Assembly: GCF_009914755.1 (NCBI RefSeq)
Contig: NC_060934.1
Origin: the human T2T-CHM13v2.0 reference genome, Homo sapiens
Reading direction: 5' to 3' (one strand)
DNA length: 64,000 bases
The notes beneath the pieces were generated by a model. That model saw nothing but the letters and a program-made list of their open reading frames with translations, did no database searches and was not told where the DNA came from. The translations under genes and the position numbers were made by a program. Each line of letters starts with the position of its first letter. Within the stretch, counting starts at the first letter, position 1. Below are positions 11,313-25,890 of the stretch, in pieces.

Positions 11313-14300
11313 TCCAGGAGGATAGACTTAAGACAGAGGTGCAGTGAGGACACTAGCTCAGAGCCCACAAGTGTAACAGTGCAGGCGAGTCTGTTAGATA
11401 AAGAGACCTCCTGTTTCTCTAGCATTTGTTTTGTGGCAGCCTGCTGCGGGGAAGGAGTAGACCAGCCAGGCATTCCCATTTAACACAGGAGAAAACTGAG
11501 GTTCACTTTTGCCCAAGGTCATCCAGCAAGAGGGTGGCATGAGTCCCAGGTCTCCAACCCCTTGGCCAGCACTCTGTCATCCAGCAGAGGTCAGCCAGGG
11601 GGCACGAGTGGGCAGCGGTCCCAGGAGCAGCCTCAGACCTCCCTGAGGGACAGTCTTGGTGCCAGTAGGCGTCAGTCCCTGTGAAGTCATCCATTGATCG
11701 GGCGGGAGCGCCAGCTCAGCCTCGGGTCCTCAGGAACAGAGAGTTCTGTGCTGGCAGAGCTGGAAGGAGCGGGCGCGAGGCTCTCTGGGCAAGGGAGGTG
11801 TTTACCTTGAGCGATGCGGCATGGGTCCCTCGGGAGAGGCTGGCTCCTCCATGGGGAAGGAACTCCTCAGTGGGGCCTGTGGCTGGGATCCTTAGCACCA
11901 CCTCAGAGAGAGGGGTACAGGCCCGAACCCAGCAGGGAGAAGGATTTCGGGACCTTTGACTGGTACAGAGTGCACCTCACCCTTGCTCTTGCCCCGCCAC
12001 ACCGTGTCACAGAGCATCTGCTGGGCCTCCCTCGCCCTCCTTCCCCAAGCCTCGGCTGCAGGAGGAAACTCTCCCAGGGCCTGGCAGAGCAGCAGCTGCC
12101 TCACGAGGGAGCCTGCAAAGGGAAAAACAAGGCCTCCACCCTCGAAGCACTTCCAGCTTCCCAGGGAGCTCCCTGGCCAGACACCACAGGCAGGGAAGGA
12201 AGGCCAGCCCACTGGCCGGAGGGCCGAAGGGACTTCCTGCCCCAAGGTCACATGGCAGGAGAGGCCATGGATGGAGCCAATGCCCTCTCCCAGCCCACTG
12301 CAAATCCCAGTCTCCCAGTGGGAACGTGTGGTTTATGATTTCATTGTGCCTGCTGCCTGGTTTCCTGCTCCAGCCCTGAGGTGAGGGTTAGCTTCCTGTG
12401 GCCTTGTCCCTGTGTCCTGAGGTGCCCACTCCCCCAGCAGCAGGCCTTGCTGCCGCCTCCAGCTCCCATGGCCCTGACCTGACTGAAGTGGGAGGTCTGA
12501 AAATGCGGTGGCTTTCTGCAGGGACCCCCGCACACCAGAAAGAGGGTTCTTCAAGGCCCATCAGGGCAGCTTGAGGGATGCGAGGACCTTTGGCGACACT
12601 CTCAGGTTTCCAGTCCTCTAGAGGGAGAAAATGGTCAGGGGCGGGGCACTGATGAGGCCTTTCCGGGGAGCCCTTCCAGGACCCATAGTGAGTCCCTCGG
12701 GGAAGCTCACAGTGTCCTTGTTCCCCAGGATCTGATGGGCTGTGTGCCTTTCCAAACTGATGCACAGAGCTGGGAGCTACCCCCATCACCCAGAGTACTG
12801 GGCGTGAGGACCCCTGGGTGGGCCAAGCAGGCAGTCTGCTGTCCCCCTGCCTGGCCAGGCTCAGGAAGTATGACCCTTTTCCTCCCTCTCAGTAGCCCCA
12901 GCCATGGCCCTGACTTCTCCTTAGAGCCACCCTGGGGCTTCTCTAAGCCGCAGAGACCCTGCTGGGTTCCCCAACTGCTCCCACCCCCCGTAGGGTGAGG
13001 CCAGGCCTTAGAAGTGCCTGGCCTGGGGCAGTGGTGCTGCTTTGTGTGTACTGGGTGAATGGAGAACAGGGGATTTAGCCAGGACACTCACATTTTCTGA
13101 GACTGAGGCTCCCAAACCACCCTGGAGAGTTGTTGGGTCTGAGGGGAGGCCCGGCCCCTGTGATTTGGCTTGTAAAGCTCCCCAGATAATTCTGATGCTA
13201 TTGGTAGAATCATGGCTCCCAACACTAGCCCTGAAGTGATTGTATCTGTAGTCTGGTGCCAAATTAGTGTGTGACCTTTGGCAAGTCACTTCCCCTCTGG
13301 GGGCCTGAGTGTCTCATCTCTGCCTCATCTTTATCTCATCTCTAAAAGGTAGACTCCACTCCAGGGCCTCAATACCAGCCCTGTGCCAGAGAGGTGGGGA
13401 GAGAGGAAAGTGAGAAAGAAGCTTGGGCCATGTCTTTGGGTGCCACCACCCGCATCTGGGTGTGCAGTGGGAAATATTAGGGTGCAGCACGGCAAGAGAG
13501 AATTAGATGAACAGAGGCCTATGCTCTACACCCCAAGAGCTATAGAAGGAAGAGGGGAAAATGGTGACTTTCAGGCTGGAGCGGCCTGAAACACTTCCCA
13601 GGTGAAACTTGATTTTGGAAATGGGCAGGATGAGAAAGGACTGTTGGGTGGGAGGACTAGTAGCTGCGAAGGCTTGGAAACCAGGAGAGGTATGGCGCTT
13701 GATGAGAAAGGAGGATGTCCCTCCAGATGGCAGGGGGGAGGTTAGCAGGAGCTCGAGGAGAGGTTGAGTGAGGCTGCTGCAACACCTTCAGGGCAGTGGG
13801 GAGCCATCAAAGGCTTTGGAGCCTCAGAGGCACTGGGACTCCTCCTGCTTCTAGGAGCAGGGCTGCTGCTGAGTAGCAGGCAGGAATCGGGCATAGAAGT
13901 TGGGAGTAGTGCGAGGTCGGCGTCCTGCTGTGGGAATGTCCCTGCCCCTGCTGACGCAATGGAAAGCCTCGTCTTGTTTCAGGGTTCCTGTTTTGTGGTT
14001 GCCCATGGTGGGGGGCGAGGGCAGCCAGCTCTGCCTTCTGAGGAGCTCCGGGAACTGGATGGAGCTTGTCCAGACCTCCCCACAACAGTCCTCTGCTCTC
14101 CTGGAAAAGAGAGGCAGTCCTGTTTGTGGAGTCTCTCCCTAGTCCCTCGGGGGATTCTAGCCAGGCCCAGGAGGCTTTAAATCAATGTGTGCATTTCCCT
14201 GGGGCTGGGACTGGAGTGGATGGGTGCCAGCGGGTAGTCTCTGGGCTTGCAGAGTTGGTCTCCCACCCTCCCAGGGCTCCAGTGTTGAATCCCTGCTCCC

Positions 14301-14929
14301 TGGGTCAGAGCCTGAGGCACTAGTGATTTACCAGCTCCCTGTCTGCCTCCCAAGAGCTTATGATCTGATGGGCAGCTTCACTGTGCGCAGAAGATTTAGC
14401 AAGGTCTGGTTCAACCCCTGTGTGTGGGAGGCCAGGACTGTGAAAAAATGGGGGGCATGTTTCAGAGAGGAAGGAAAAAGGAAGCCCAAGGAGCCCTTTT
14501 TCCTGCCTCTCACTTCTGCTGCTTCCAGGCCCAGCTCTAATGCCATGGCATGGCCCAGGAAGCTTTCCCTGGATCCCCACACCCAGCGTCCGGGGCCACT
14601 GTCTCCTTGCGGTCCTTAGCTCCTGTGCACATCCAGGATCCAGCGCTGTACATCAGTAGCTTCCTGTCATCCCTTGCCCACCTGGGTGTCAGCCCACTAC
14701 ACTGACTTGAAGGACAGGCGGTTCGTGACTTGCATCCACGCTGGGTGCTGCGTAAATGTCTGTCAGATGGCCAGCCCGGAGCATGAGGACATGGCGGCCC
14801 TGGTCACCCAGGCAGGAATTGAAAGGCTCGAGGTCTTGGCCCAGCTCTGGCTCCCCAGCTTGTCTGTGTGATGTGAGGGGTGCCTGCCTTTCTTGAGGTC
14901 CCTGCTTGTAAGGAGCAGCGTGGGATTTA

Positions 14930-15104
14930 CTGTGCTGTCCAGTATAGCAGCCACACATGTATTTAAATGTACATTAGTAAAATTAAATGAAGTTTTCAGT
15001 TCCTCAGTCACAGTAGTCACATTTCACGGGCTAGTGGCTACCAGATTGGACAGTGCAGTGGTGGAATGTTCCCATCATGGTAGAAAGATCTGTTGGCAGT
15101 GCTG
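14930..15104 (-). mobile_element. MER3-like hAT-Charlie DNA transposon
   Basis: tgtgctgtccagtatagcagccac...ttcagttcctcagtcac...gctagtggctacc...ttggacagtgcag...cccatcatggtagaaag. Confidence 0.8.
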
Positions 15105-15284
15105 TGCCTGAAGTGGTCACTCTGTGGCCCGCGGGCCTACCCTGTTGGCAGCTCTGGTGACTGCTCCTCTCCCTTTCCCCCCAATGCACGAGGGACCTCC
15201 CTGCCCAACTACCCGGGGCTCTTAAAATGGGGCCACCCGGTGTCCTTCCCAAGCCAGTGTCAGACAGTAATTATGAAACCCACA

Positions 15285-15475
15285 TCTGTCATTTACCAGG
15301 TGACTTTGAGTAAGTCACCAAGGTTCTCTGAGCCTCTGTTTCCTGATCAGTGCAGTAGAGCTACTTGTCCCTGCCTGGCAGGGTTGCAGTGGGGAGTAAA
15401 TGAGATGGGGCTAAAAGGCGCTTAGGTTGGTATCTGGCCCATAGTAACGTCTCAGTAGCTGGCAGCTTTCATCAC
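15285..15475 (+). mobile_element. MIR SINE
   Basis: gtgactttgagtaagtcac...ctctgagcctctgtttcct...taaatgagat...tggcccatagtaa. Confidence 0.6.
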
Positions 15476-16607
15476 TGTCAGGTGGATTCATCCCCTCGCA
15501 GCATGGGCTTAGTTCCAAAACTGGCTGGGCATTAGGTTCCCCTCAAGTTCCTGAGCCCGAGACTGGGTTCTCTCCACCCAGCTCCACCACCAGCCCCCTT
15601 CTGTCTGAGCCTCAGTTTTCTCATCTGTACAGTACTCCTGCCTGTCCTTGCCCTGTGTTGCAGCTGGAGACCTTGCTGTGCCCTGTGGAGGGTGGTGCCA
15701 TCTGGGGGCTTATCCCTCCTTCCAGCATGGCCACTGTAACAGGAGAGCCTGAGAAGGTCAGGGGACAGAGGGGCACAAGTGTGCTTGCCACTTGTCTGTC
15801 CCAGAGAGAAGCTGCCTGGCTGTCCCTCCGGCAGCCATCAGGGAGGTCCTAGCATGTGTCAGCTCTGGAGGAAGTAAGCGTGGCCGGCACCCACGTGCCC
15901 ACTTTCATTTCCCTCTTGGGGAATGAGAGGTGAGAGTCTGCACCCTGGACTTCTGAAGCCCGCCAGTGATTTGCACAAGGACTTCTTCCTTGAGGTCTAC
16001 CCATAGTTTGTCAGGGTCTGTGAGCCCCTGCATTTCTGGGCAGAGGGTCTGTGAGTCGAGCCATGTTGAGGTGGCCCTTGGGGTCCAGCCATCCTAGTGA
16101 GAGTGGGCTTGCAGAATAAGGACTGTGAGTCCAGCCTTGGCTTTCAGGTGCCCAAAGGGTGCCTGGAGAACCCCTCGCTGAGAGGAAATTCTGGGAGCTG
16201 GGGAAGGGTCCCAGGAGCCAACACACGGCTTCTTGTCAAACCCTAGGTCCTGGCACCCACGGTGTCCTTGGTGTCGGGATGGGTACTGGGAGACAGAACA
16301 GCCTTCAGGCGCAAGGCCGGAAGACCATCCTGGGGAACAGACCACGCGCAGGGAGAAGGCACAGGAAGCTGGGGGGCCAAAAGGGGAGGGGCTTGCTGGG
16401 GACTTGTGGCCATTGTAGAGATCGAGGAGGTGAAGACTGGGCACTGCACTGAATTGGGGGTTTCCAGGTGGGGATGGGATGGCCCTCCTGTGGCTCCCCA
16501 CTGTTAGGAGCGAGAGGCCCTCACCCCACAAAGGTGCCCTCCCAAGCTTGCTCCCTACGTCTGTCCCCCTCCTCTCCTGTCTTCTCCACACACCGGGACC
16601 TCTCACC

Positions 16608-16750
16608 CTGTCTAAGCCTCAGTTTCCTCATCTGTAGAACCGGAGACTAGTACTCATCCCCTAGGGCTGTGGGAGGATTAAAGAGCTCATTCCAGCCAGC
16701 ACCTTGAGCACAGTGCTGGGATCTCATCGCCCCTGAGCAAACATGAGCTA
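16608..16750 (+). mobile_element. MIR SINE fragment
   Basis: agcctcagtttcctcatctgtagaa...gaggattaaa...gcacagtgctgg. Confidence 0.6.
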
Positions 16751-19207
16751 CCCTTCCTGCTCTACGTGGTTCTCCTCATGTTTGTGGGAGGCGTGTTCCT
16801 CTGGGTCACTTGTCCTCCTGCTCCCCAGCTTTGGGGCCTCTTTATTGTCCATTGCAGCCCAGCCTATCCAGACACTCCCCCAACCCCTCACCCCATACAT
16901 CTGTTGGGGGTACCTTTTCTCCAGCATGAGCCCCGAACTGGTAGAACATGCAGAATGCCCATCTTCTCCAAGAGCCTGAGACATCTTGGAGCAAATAGTC
17001 CCCCTGCCTCCAGCCAGGGCCCCAGGGCTCTTGGCCAGAAGCTCAGGGCTCACTCAGTGTTTGCTGAGCAAAGGCTTGTGTCTTCCCTGCAGGGAGTGGG
17101 GACAGCTTGTGTAACTCTCAGGTATGTCTTCATTTGATTTGCCAGCAACAGGCTCAGAAAGTTACTGGGCAGTCCCGGGATGCCCTGGAAAACGGACAGA
17201 AGCCATTGTCCCAGGGGGTCAGGGCAGCAGCACCCAAAACAGAGAAACGCCCTATCCCCACCTTACTAGAACCATGGCAGCCTTGACCGTTGGGTCCTTA
17301 GTGGCTTCTAGGAGGCCACTCGGGCAATGGGTCTCCCAGGAGCAGCATCAGGACAGGGGAGGGAGTAAGGGCCGAGCACTTGGCTTCCACTGTAAGCTCA
17401 GGCTCTGGCTTCTTCTGTCCAGGCCAACTTTGGCCCTTGAAATGGAGGAAGGTCTTCCACCCTCCCTGAACCCTGCTTTTCCTTCGACTGCTGCTGCCCA
17501 AGGGCACCCGTAGACAGCAGGTGGGCCTCAGGAGGCAGGCTCCTGCAGGCTCCTGTACCCACCCAGCCTATGTACCCACCCTGCCTAGAATTAAGCCTTC
17601 CCAGCATCAGGCCTACCAGGGGCCCATAATCCTCTCAGAGCTTTACATGGCGGTGTACCTTCTCAGATAAATACATTTAGTGACCTGGATAAGATCTTTC
17701 TCCTCAGGTGACAGCCTTTGGGATGAAGATTTCTCCCCTGGGGTTTCTTCCCAGGTGTGGCTTTCCTGGTCATCCCCTCCTCTCTCCCAGGAGTGTGTAG
17801 TCCACCACACCCTCACCATGGTACCCCCTGGGCTCTTACCTAAATAGAAACCAGCCTCTGAAATGACCTGGCCGAGACTCACTTCCCTGGACACCTCCCC
17901 AGTCTTGGGCACCTGCTACCTGAAGCCTTGCTTTCACCCTACCCAAGTGATCTTGTGCTTGAGATGTCCTTCTGCCACCCAGCAGCATACTCAGTTACCA
18001 CTTCTGCAAAACGGGGACACCCTCACCCACAGGTCTGTTATAGCTACAGGAGTCACCATGTAGGCTGCCCACTGAGTGTGTGAGTGTGTGCAGGCATCTG
18101 CTGGGGACCCTGGATGCACGCCCCCCTGCCCGTGCCCTTACTAACAGATGCACCTGTGACCCTTACTAGGCACACTGCACCGTCAGTACAGCACTTAGTG
18201 CAGCCCTTGGTATGTGCAGGAATGTGGCATTTCTTCAAGTTCATAACTATGACTATAGCTCGCTCAAGTTTGTATGGTGAGCATCCAGATAGGCAACATA
18301 TACATGTAATATATTTTGGAATGAGTGAATGAACAAAAGAAGAGCTGGGTTCTCTCTGGTCCAGGCACTGTGGGGAAGGTGAAAAAAGACACATCCCCTC
18401 CCCTCTGGGAGCTTAAAAGTCCCAGAATTAAGATGACAGGGCTGGAAGGCAGTGGGTGTGCGGGGCCGGACATGCATCTGGGTGAGAAGTAGGGCTGAGC
18501 CTGTTGCAGAGATTATGTGTTGATGAAGAGAAATATAAGACAGAACATTTGCAAATGTTGCCTGGGTTTTGCATCTTTGTGCATATATCAGATAAACATG
18601 CAGTTGAACATGCATGTGTCCACTAGGACGTGTGGGGGTCGTTTGCAAGTTGAATGGCTGTTGGATATAGGGTAGTGTACTTGTGAGTTTGTGCAGGCTT
18701 ACAAACACACTGGGTGTTGGGAGTGTGTCTGTGACATAGGAGGGGCACATGGGGAACTGGGTGTGTAAATGTGTTGACACATTCCAATCCCCTTGGGGCT
18801 TACGGGTACCTGCACTGTCCCTCCCTGCCGTGCCGTCTTGGATTGTCTTGGGCGTTTCTAGAGTGCTTCAGAGTCCAGAAAAGCCTTCCACGTATGCAGT
18901 GGCTTCTCCTCACCCAGCAAGGGGTGGGAACTGAGGGTCAGGGAGTGTGGGGGACTGGTGGGTAGAGGTGCGGCCTGAACTCTGGCCTTCTACCTTCCAA
19001 GTCCGAGGCTTCAGTGTCCACCAGGGCACTGGCAAGGTCCTGTATCCACTTGCCTGGCAGCGCCCTGGGGAATTTGGGATCCAGACGCAGGAGGCTCACT
19101 TAGATCCAGGACTTTGTGAGAGGCCCCTGAGCAAAGGAAGGATGACTGTGACCCCAAAGATATCCATCTGCTCAGTGTCCATCATGCCCTGTGTGGATGC
19201 ATGGGCC

Positions 19208-19300
19208 TGCACACATGGCCCCACACACAGGTACATGCACACACACACACACATGCTGACACGCACACTCACACACACACTCATGCACACACTCACTCAT
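19208..19300 (+). repeat. Degenerate (CA)n microsatellite
   Basis: Directly visible. Confidence 0.8.
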
Positions 19301-22300
19301 AGGCACCCCACCCTTGGGGTTTTCCTCTCCGTTCAGAAAACTTAATTGTAGCTTAAATTTTTATTTTCAGCCAACTTTGTTTTTAATGTTGAGTAGCTAT
19401 CACTTGTTTGTATATACTTCAGAAACAAAGTCCCTGGGAGAGAAGGAGGCTGTTTTCTTAAGCTGAATCCTAGAACTCCAATTAGGAGTGATTGTTCCAC
19501 TTCTGAGGTTTTCCAGCCGCTTCCTAGCAAGCCCTGCTGAGCCCCTAATTAGGCAGCCAGGGGCGCCCCTGTTCAGGGCCCAGCACATCTCAGGGTGGCC
19601 TGTTTGAGGGCCAGTCTTAGGGAAGTTCAGGGCCAGAACCCCAAGTGGACCTGCAGGGTACTGGGGATGGTCCTCTCTGTTCAGGGAGTGGACTGAGGTC
19701 ATTGCCCGCCATCCCAGGGCCCTGGCTGCCTTTGGGGACATCAGTGCAGGGCACAGAAGCAGAGTCAGGGTGCCCTGGGTTTAGGGAAGCCCCATAAGCC
19801 GGGCTGGACGGCCCTTGGCCCAGGCAGGGTCCCATGGGGAGGCTGCCGAGTGCTGCTCTTGCTCTAACTGGGGATCCACCCACGATGGGGCCTGGCCCGC
19901 TGGTCTCTATTCACTGCTAAGCAAACTAAAGCTCACAAAAGTACCACAGGAATTAGAGCCAGGGCCACCCCTCAGGCAGGTCTGGGTGACCAAGTCCTGC
20001 CTTGCAGTCAGCGTGATATTCCATGCCATGGGTCCCATTTGGGTGGGGGATGGCCTTCCTGGGGTGAGGCAAAACTGAGAAATTTGAAGGGCAGTTTAGA
20101 CAGGTGGGCGGGGGCGTTGGTGGGTGAGGGTGCCAGGCAATGCAGGGAGAGCCGACTGAGTGAGGGACCTCGGCCTTGTTGGCTTTCAAAACCAAACACC
20201 TGATACCTTTCACCGCAGTCGTGATTTTCAGCACATTGCCCGATGGCCCCCATCCACTCTTGCTGGGGAAGAAGGGCGTGTGGTTGAAGAAACAAACCTC
20301 TTGCAGCCTCAAGGTCTCCCTGAGCTGCCCACGACAGCTGGTGCCTACTCGCACCCCGCAGGGCTGTGGGCCTCCAGCCCGGGCTGGCTGGGTCCTCTGG
20401 TGCCATGGATGCCTGTGGCCGCCCTGGGAGACGTTGCCCTCCACCCAGCCCAAGCCGATTCCCTCTGGCCTTGAGGAGGTTCGGGTTTCTGCCTGCCAGG
20501 TGGGCAGCTCCCCTCATTCCCCACAGCAGCCACTGAGCTCACGACACTGCCCTGCTCCTGCCACCTGAGTCCCCAGGTGCCATCTGCCACCCTGTTTCCA
20601 GGCGGCAGGTAGGTGGCCTCAGGGCAGGGGAGAGAAGAAGGCAGGCAAATCCCAGATGGGGAAGGCCGGGCTCTAGCCCTGAGGGGCAGGCAGTGCCTGG
20701 CCTGCCACCTGGCACCTGGGTTGCCCCCACCCTTCTTCGGGAATGGATGTGAGCAAGTCTGCTGAAGCATGGGTATGAGTAGGTAAGGGGGTTCCCCTAG
20801 CATATCTGTGGCTTAGTTTCTCTGCAGGTGTGAGGAGTGGAGTCCGTCTGGGCACCTCTGTGTATATCTGCGTTCCTAACCATCTCTGTCTTGAGCCCGG
20901 GCATTCACCAGCGTCCCTGCCCGCTCCCCTCTTATTTCTCTGTGCTCTCCAAGTGTACCTTCCATGTCTCTCAGGGTCTCTGTGTTCCTGCCTATCTCTG
21001 TCTCTGCATTCTGAGCTCATGAGGGTGCCTTTGCCATCAGAGCCACCTCTCCCCGCCACCCCCCACATTGAGTTGTTCTACTTAATTTCATTTTCCCGGG
21101 GCTCCAACTCACAGAAATAAACCGTCCCTCCCCACCCCTGCACTTTTTCGATTTAACAAGCCTGCTGGAAAACAATAGTGATTTCCGCATCGATCATAAA
21201 CAGAAGTGATTACCATACAATTACAGCCTGAACCATCAGTCTGGATGCAATCACAGAGCCGCATTGTAAATCGGAAGACAATTGCCTGCAGAATTACCCC
21301 CAAATTGGTTTAAGTGGCAACAAAGGAGTGTTGGCATTTTGGTATTTTGGAAAGGGATGGGGGGAATGCGGGTGTCCTGGTGGCAGAGGGTCCCCACTGG
21401 GAGCCCCCCAAGGCCCCTTCCTTGGCATTGAGGAGGCTCTTGCTGGGGAGAGCTGCCTGCCACCTTCCTCCCCATGATTTTCCCTTCAATTACTGCTCCC
21501 TGCCCGTCTTGGCACAGCTTGTCATAAACTCATTTATACTAATGTGTGAGTGGCTAAGTGTGCCTTCGAACTTGGCCGGCAGAGGGGTGAATCTGATGGA
21601 GGGAATTCTGGGGGGCCTCCTCAGCTCCCCAATATCCCCCTTTCTCCATTCCCATCTCACCTGTGGCTCTTCCATGTCACCCCATCCCTCTATGCTCCTG
21701 GCCTGGCACCCACCCCACAGTAGCCTTCCCCACTATCTCCCAGCCCTCGGTGGACTCTGGCCAGCATCTCCCACATCCCATCCAGAGCAGCCCCCTCCCT
21801 CCTGCAGCTGCAGTGTGTGCCCTGCATCCTTCCCAGCCTTCCAGACCAGCTGGAGGCCACAGTCCAAGCCAGGTGGGCTAGGGCGGCCACTCCAGGGAGG
21901 GAGCCTGCCGGTGCCCCTGCAGCACATGCTGAGGGGATCACAGGTGGGTCTGCTCCTTTCCAGCCTGTGGTTTCACAAGAAATGCCCTGCCAGCAGGACC
22001 CCTCTGAGTGTCTGAAGACTGGACTCTTAAGCTCCAGCTGTTTCCACAGGGGGCATGTCTTGCTCTGGGAGGTGATTTCTCTCCAGGGTCAGGCTGCTCT
22101 GAAGTTACCAGGAAAGCCTGCCCACCCACTGACACAGTCAGATCCCCTCACAGGCATCCATATCCAGGTCATAAGTGCTTTGGCATGCCCCATCTGATCC
22201 TCACAGAAAGGTTTGTGCATGCTTGTGATTTTGCTCTAGTTTTTCCATTAAGAAAATAAAAAAGAGGTGGGGAGACCTGAGGGGTGACATGGCTTGCTCC

Positions 22301-23394
22301 AGGTGACACAGCCCATCAGTGAAAAGTGACGTCTTCAGGCTTCTATGTGAGTGCTTCTTCCTAGATGCTGTCTACAGCCTCCCCAGACCCACATGAGACA
22401 GACTGGGGTCTCACCTTGTCGCTGACCTGCCTTGAGACCTCAGACAACACCAATAATTAAGCAAGCCCGAGTGAGCACATGCTCCGTCCTCACCTGTTTA
22501 TTCACATGTCAACTCCGCTCATCCCATTGCAGCCCTGTAAGAGGATGGGTGGGTCCCTAGTGAGGGGACTGAGGACCACTGTGGGGACCCCAGAGCCCTC
22601 AGATTCCTGGTGACAGCAGCTGGTCTGCCCCCTGTCTGCCAGCCTCTGAGCCTCTGCTAATACACCCTGGAAGGCAGGAGAAGCCGGATGACCCTGAGGT
22701 CTTTTGCACCTGGTGCCACTGAGGGCCTCAGTTGTGCTGTCCTGGTTGCTCTGCAAAAGCTTTAGGACTGGGCACCATCTAGAGTTGGTGTATCTGGAAC
22801 CAGAAACTCTGTTGGCTGCCCCAGCTCTACCCTGAGTCAGGGGAACATCGGTGTTGCCCTGGGCTTGGCCTGCAGAGCTGGGGTGGGTCAGGCTTTGGGG
22901 TGACCCTGTGCCTGGCATTGGGAGGTGCTAGCATTGGGAGGTGACTGATCTGGAAGAGAAGCCAGGCCTCACAGACCATGGTGATGTTCAGGGAAGAAGC
23001 TGCTGGTCTTTGCCTGCCAGGCAGACCTGCCCTCCCCAGGCCCCATCCTGGAGCCTTTGCTCTTGCTGTCTATCTCCTGGGGAGCCAGGTGTCCAGTGGA
23101 AAGACGGGGTTCCAAGCCACAGAGACCTGGACTCAGGTTCTATCCCTGCCACTTTATGGTTTGCACCGTCTTTAACTCTGAGCTGTATTATGAGACCACA
23201 AAGGTGATTGCTGTTGAGTCCAGGGCTCTTCAGACAATAGCCCTACATCCTTGGTCTCAGAACCCAGAGGGAAGGGACCTCGCTTTTGTTGAGCATTTGT
23301 CATGTGCCAGGCTTTGTCCTGGGCATTTTAAGGATGGCCTGCTTACTCTTCACAGCAACCCCAAGAAGGTAGTCAGAAACTGGATTTGCAGAGC

Positions 23395-23920
<526 letters not shown>

Positions 23921-24932
23921 ACTGTGTTATCCCATTTCATAGGTGTGAAGTTGAGGATGGTTGGTGATTGTCATGCGTAGGGTCTCAGTTGGATGAGGCA
24001 AAGTGGGACATAAACCTGTGCCCATCAGTGCAACATAGCTTTCAGCACCAACATTCTAGGCTCTCCAAGCCCAGCCCAGATAGCTCCCCTTTCATGAGCC
24101 TTCCATGAGTCTGAAGGCCATGGACTGTTTTCTCTGCATCCTGATGCTGAGCCCAAGGCCTGCCCCAGGGCAGGCACTTTGGGGTGAGTATCTGGAGTGG
24201 GTGATGGAAGGAATGACTGACTGAACATGGTCTGCTGAAACTTTGGGGCGAACTCACTCCCCTCCTGATAGAACTAATGTGGGGAGGGCAGAGCCAGCTG
24301 CTGAGGAGTGATGGATGGCCCCTCTCCCAAGATAAATGTGGCAGTCAAGGTAATCGGATTGTGTGTGACGGTCTAATTTGTAGGCGAGGGGAGGAAGCGC
24401 CCAGCCATGCCTCGCCCCAGCCGCCCGTATTAGTTTAATCAAATGCCCAGTATCTAAATGACTGGGCCCAAGTGATGGATGATGTGAGCTTTGTTAAATG
24501 TTGTTGCCCTGTCGAGCCAAACTTCCCAAGGCCCTGCCCGGCTCCTGGACTGTTTAATTTGTTTTTTCTTGCTTGGTTATCTCTGCGTGGGGCAGGGAAG
24601 GGGGGGCTGGAGCTCTCCTGTCTGTCTTAAAGCCTCTGGTTTTTCATGGAGGAGAAGAGAGAGGAGGCCAGACCTAGGGGAGGAGTGGGAGGGAGTCACC
24701 TTCTGCCTCTCCTGAGAAGCCTTCCTGGGTCGCTGCACAGTCTTGAGGAGCCCAACTCCCCAGAACCCTTCAACAGGGCTTCATCGTGCACCGTGTGGCT
24801 TCTTCTGTTCCATGCAGACTCACCCTCACCCTGTGCTTCTCACTCCATTAATGGGGTATTTTGGGATGCAGGACATTCTTCCATAGGAAAATTTATCAAG
24901 TTTCCCTAATGCTTAGTGCTTGTGTTTCTTGA

Positions 24933-25272
<340 letters not shown>

Positions 25273-25529
25273 TTTCCTCTGTCACCTTCTAGACAGTATG
25301 TTGTTTTGCTCCCCCTCTCTCCACTCCCCTCGACTTTTTGTTGGTCTGTGGTGTGAGGTAAGGGTCACGTTTCCGGTCTGGTCATTCTGAGCTCTGAGCG
25401 TCTGCTGTGTGCCCCAGACTAGGCTGTGTCCTAGCAAGAGACAAAAGATGAAAGAGGCACAGGCGTGACAGTGAGTTTGAGTTCAAAACAGCATGCATAC
25501 TCTGCCAGGCTTTGTGTACCTGCAGTGCC

Positions 25530-25890
25530 CTGCCTTCCATCAGTGTTAATTGTCACCTGTGTGCCAGGTATTGTTCTAGGCACTGGGGATGTGCTGGCGA
25601 ATGTAGCACATGGGAACCCTAGCCCTGGTAGAGCTTTTGTTCCAGCATGGAGGGAGGGGAATCAGGACTTTAAAAGCAGGTGGTGATAGGTGCTCTGAAG
25701 AACAATGAGGCAGGGGAGGAAAATAGAGGGAGTCGGTGGTGGGGAGGTACGACAATTCATAAACGGTCAGGTCAGGGAAACTCTGGCTGCATGAGGATGA
25801 GGGGGTGAGTGAATCACGTGGCTGTCCAGGACGAGAACCTTCCAGGCAGAGGTGGCAAAGTCTCTGGTAGGTGCCAAGGATAGAATAACC
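25530..25890 (-). mobile_element. L2 LINE fragment
   Basis: cacctgtgtgccaggtattgttctaggcactggggat...agagcttttgttccagc...ttccaggcagagg. Confidence 0.65.
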
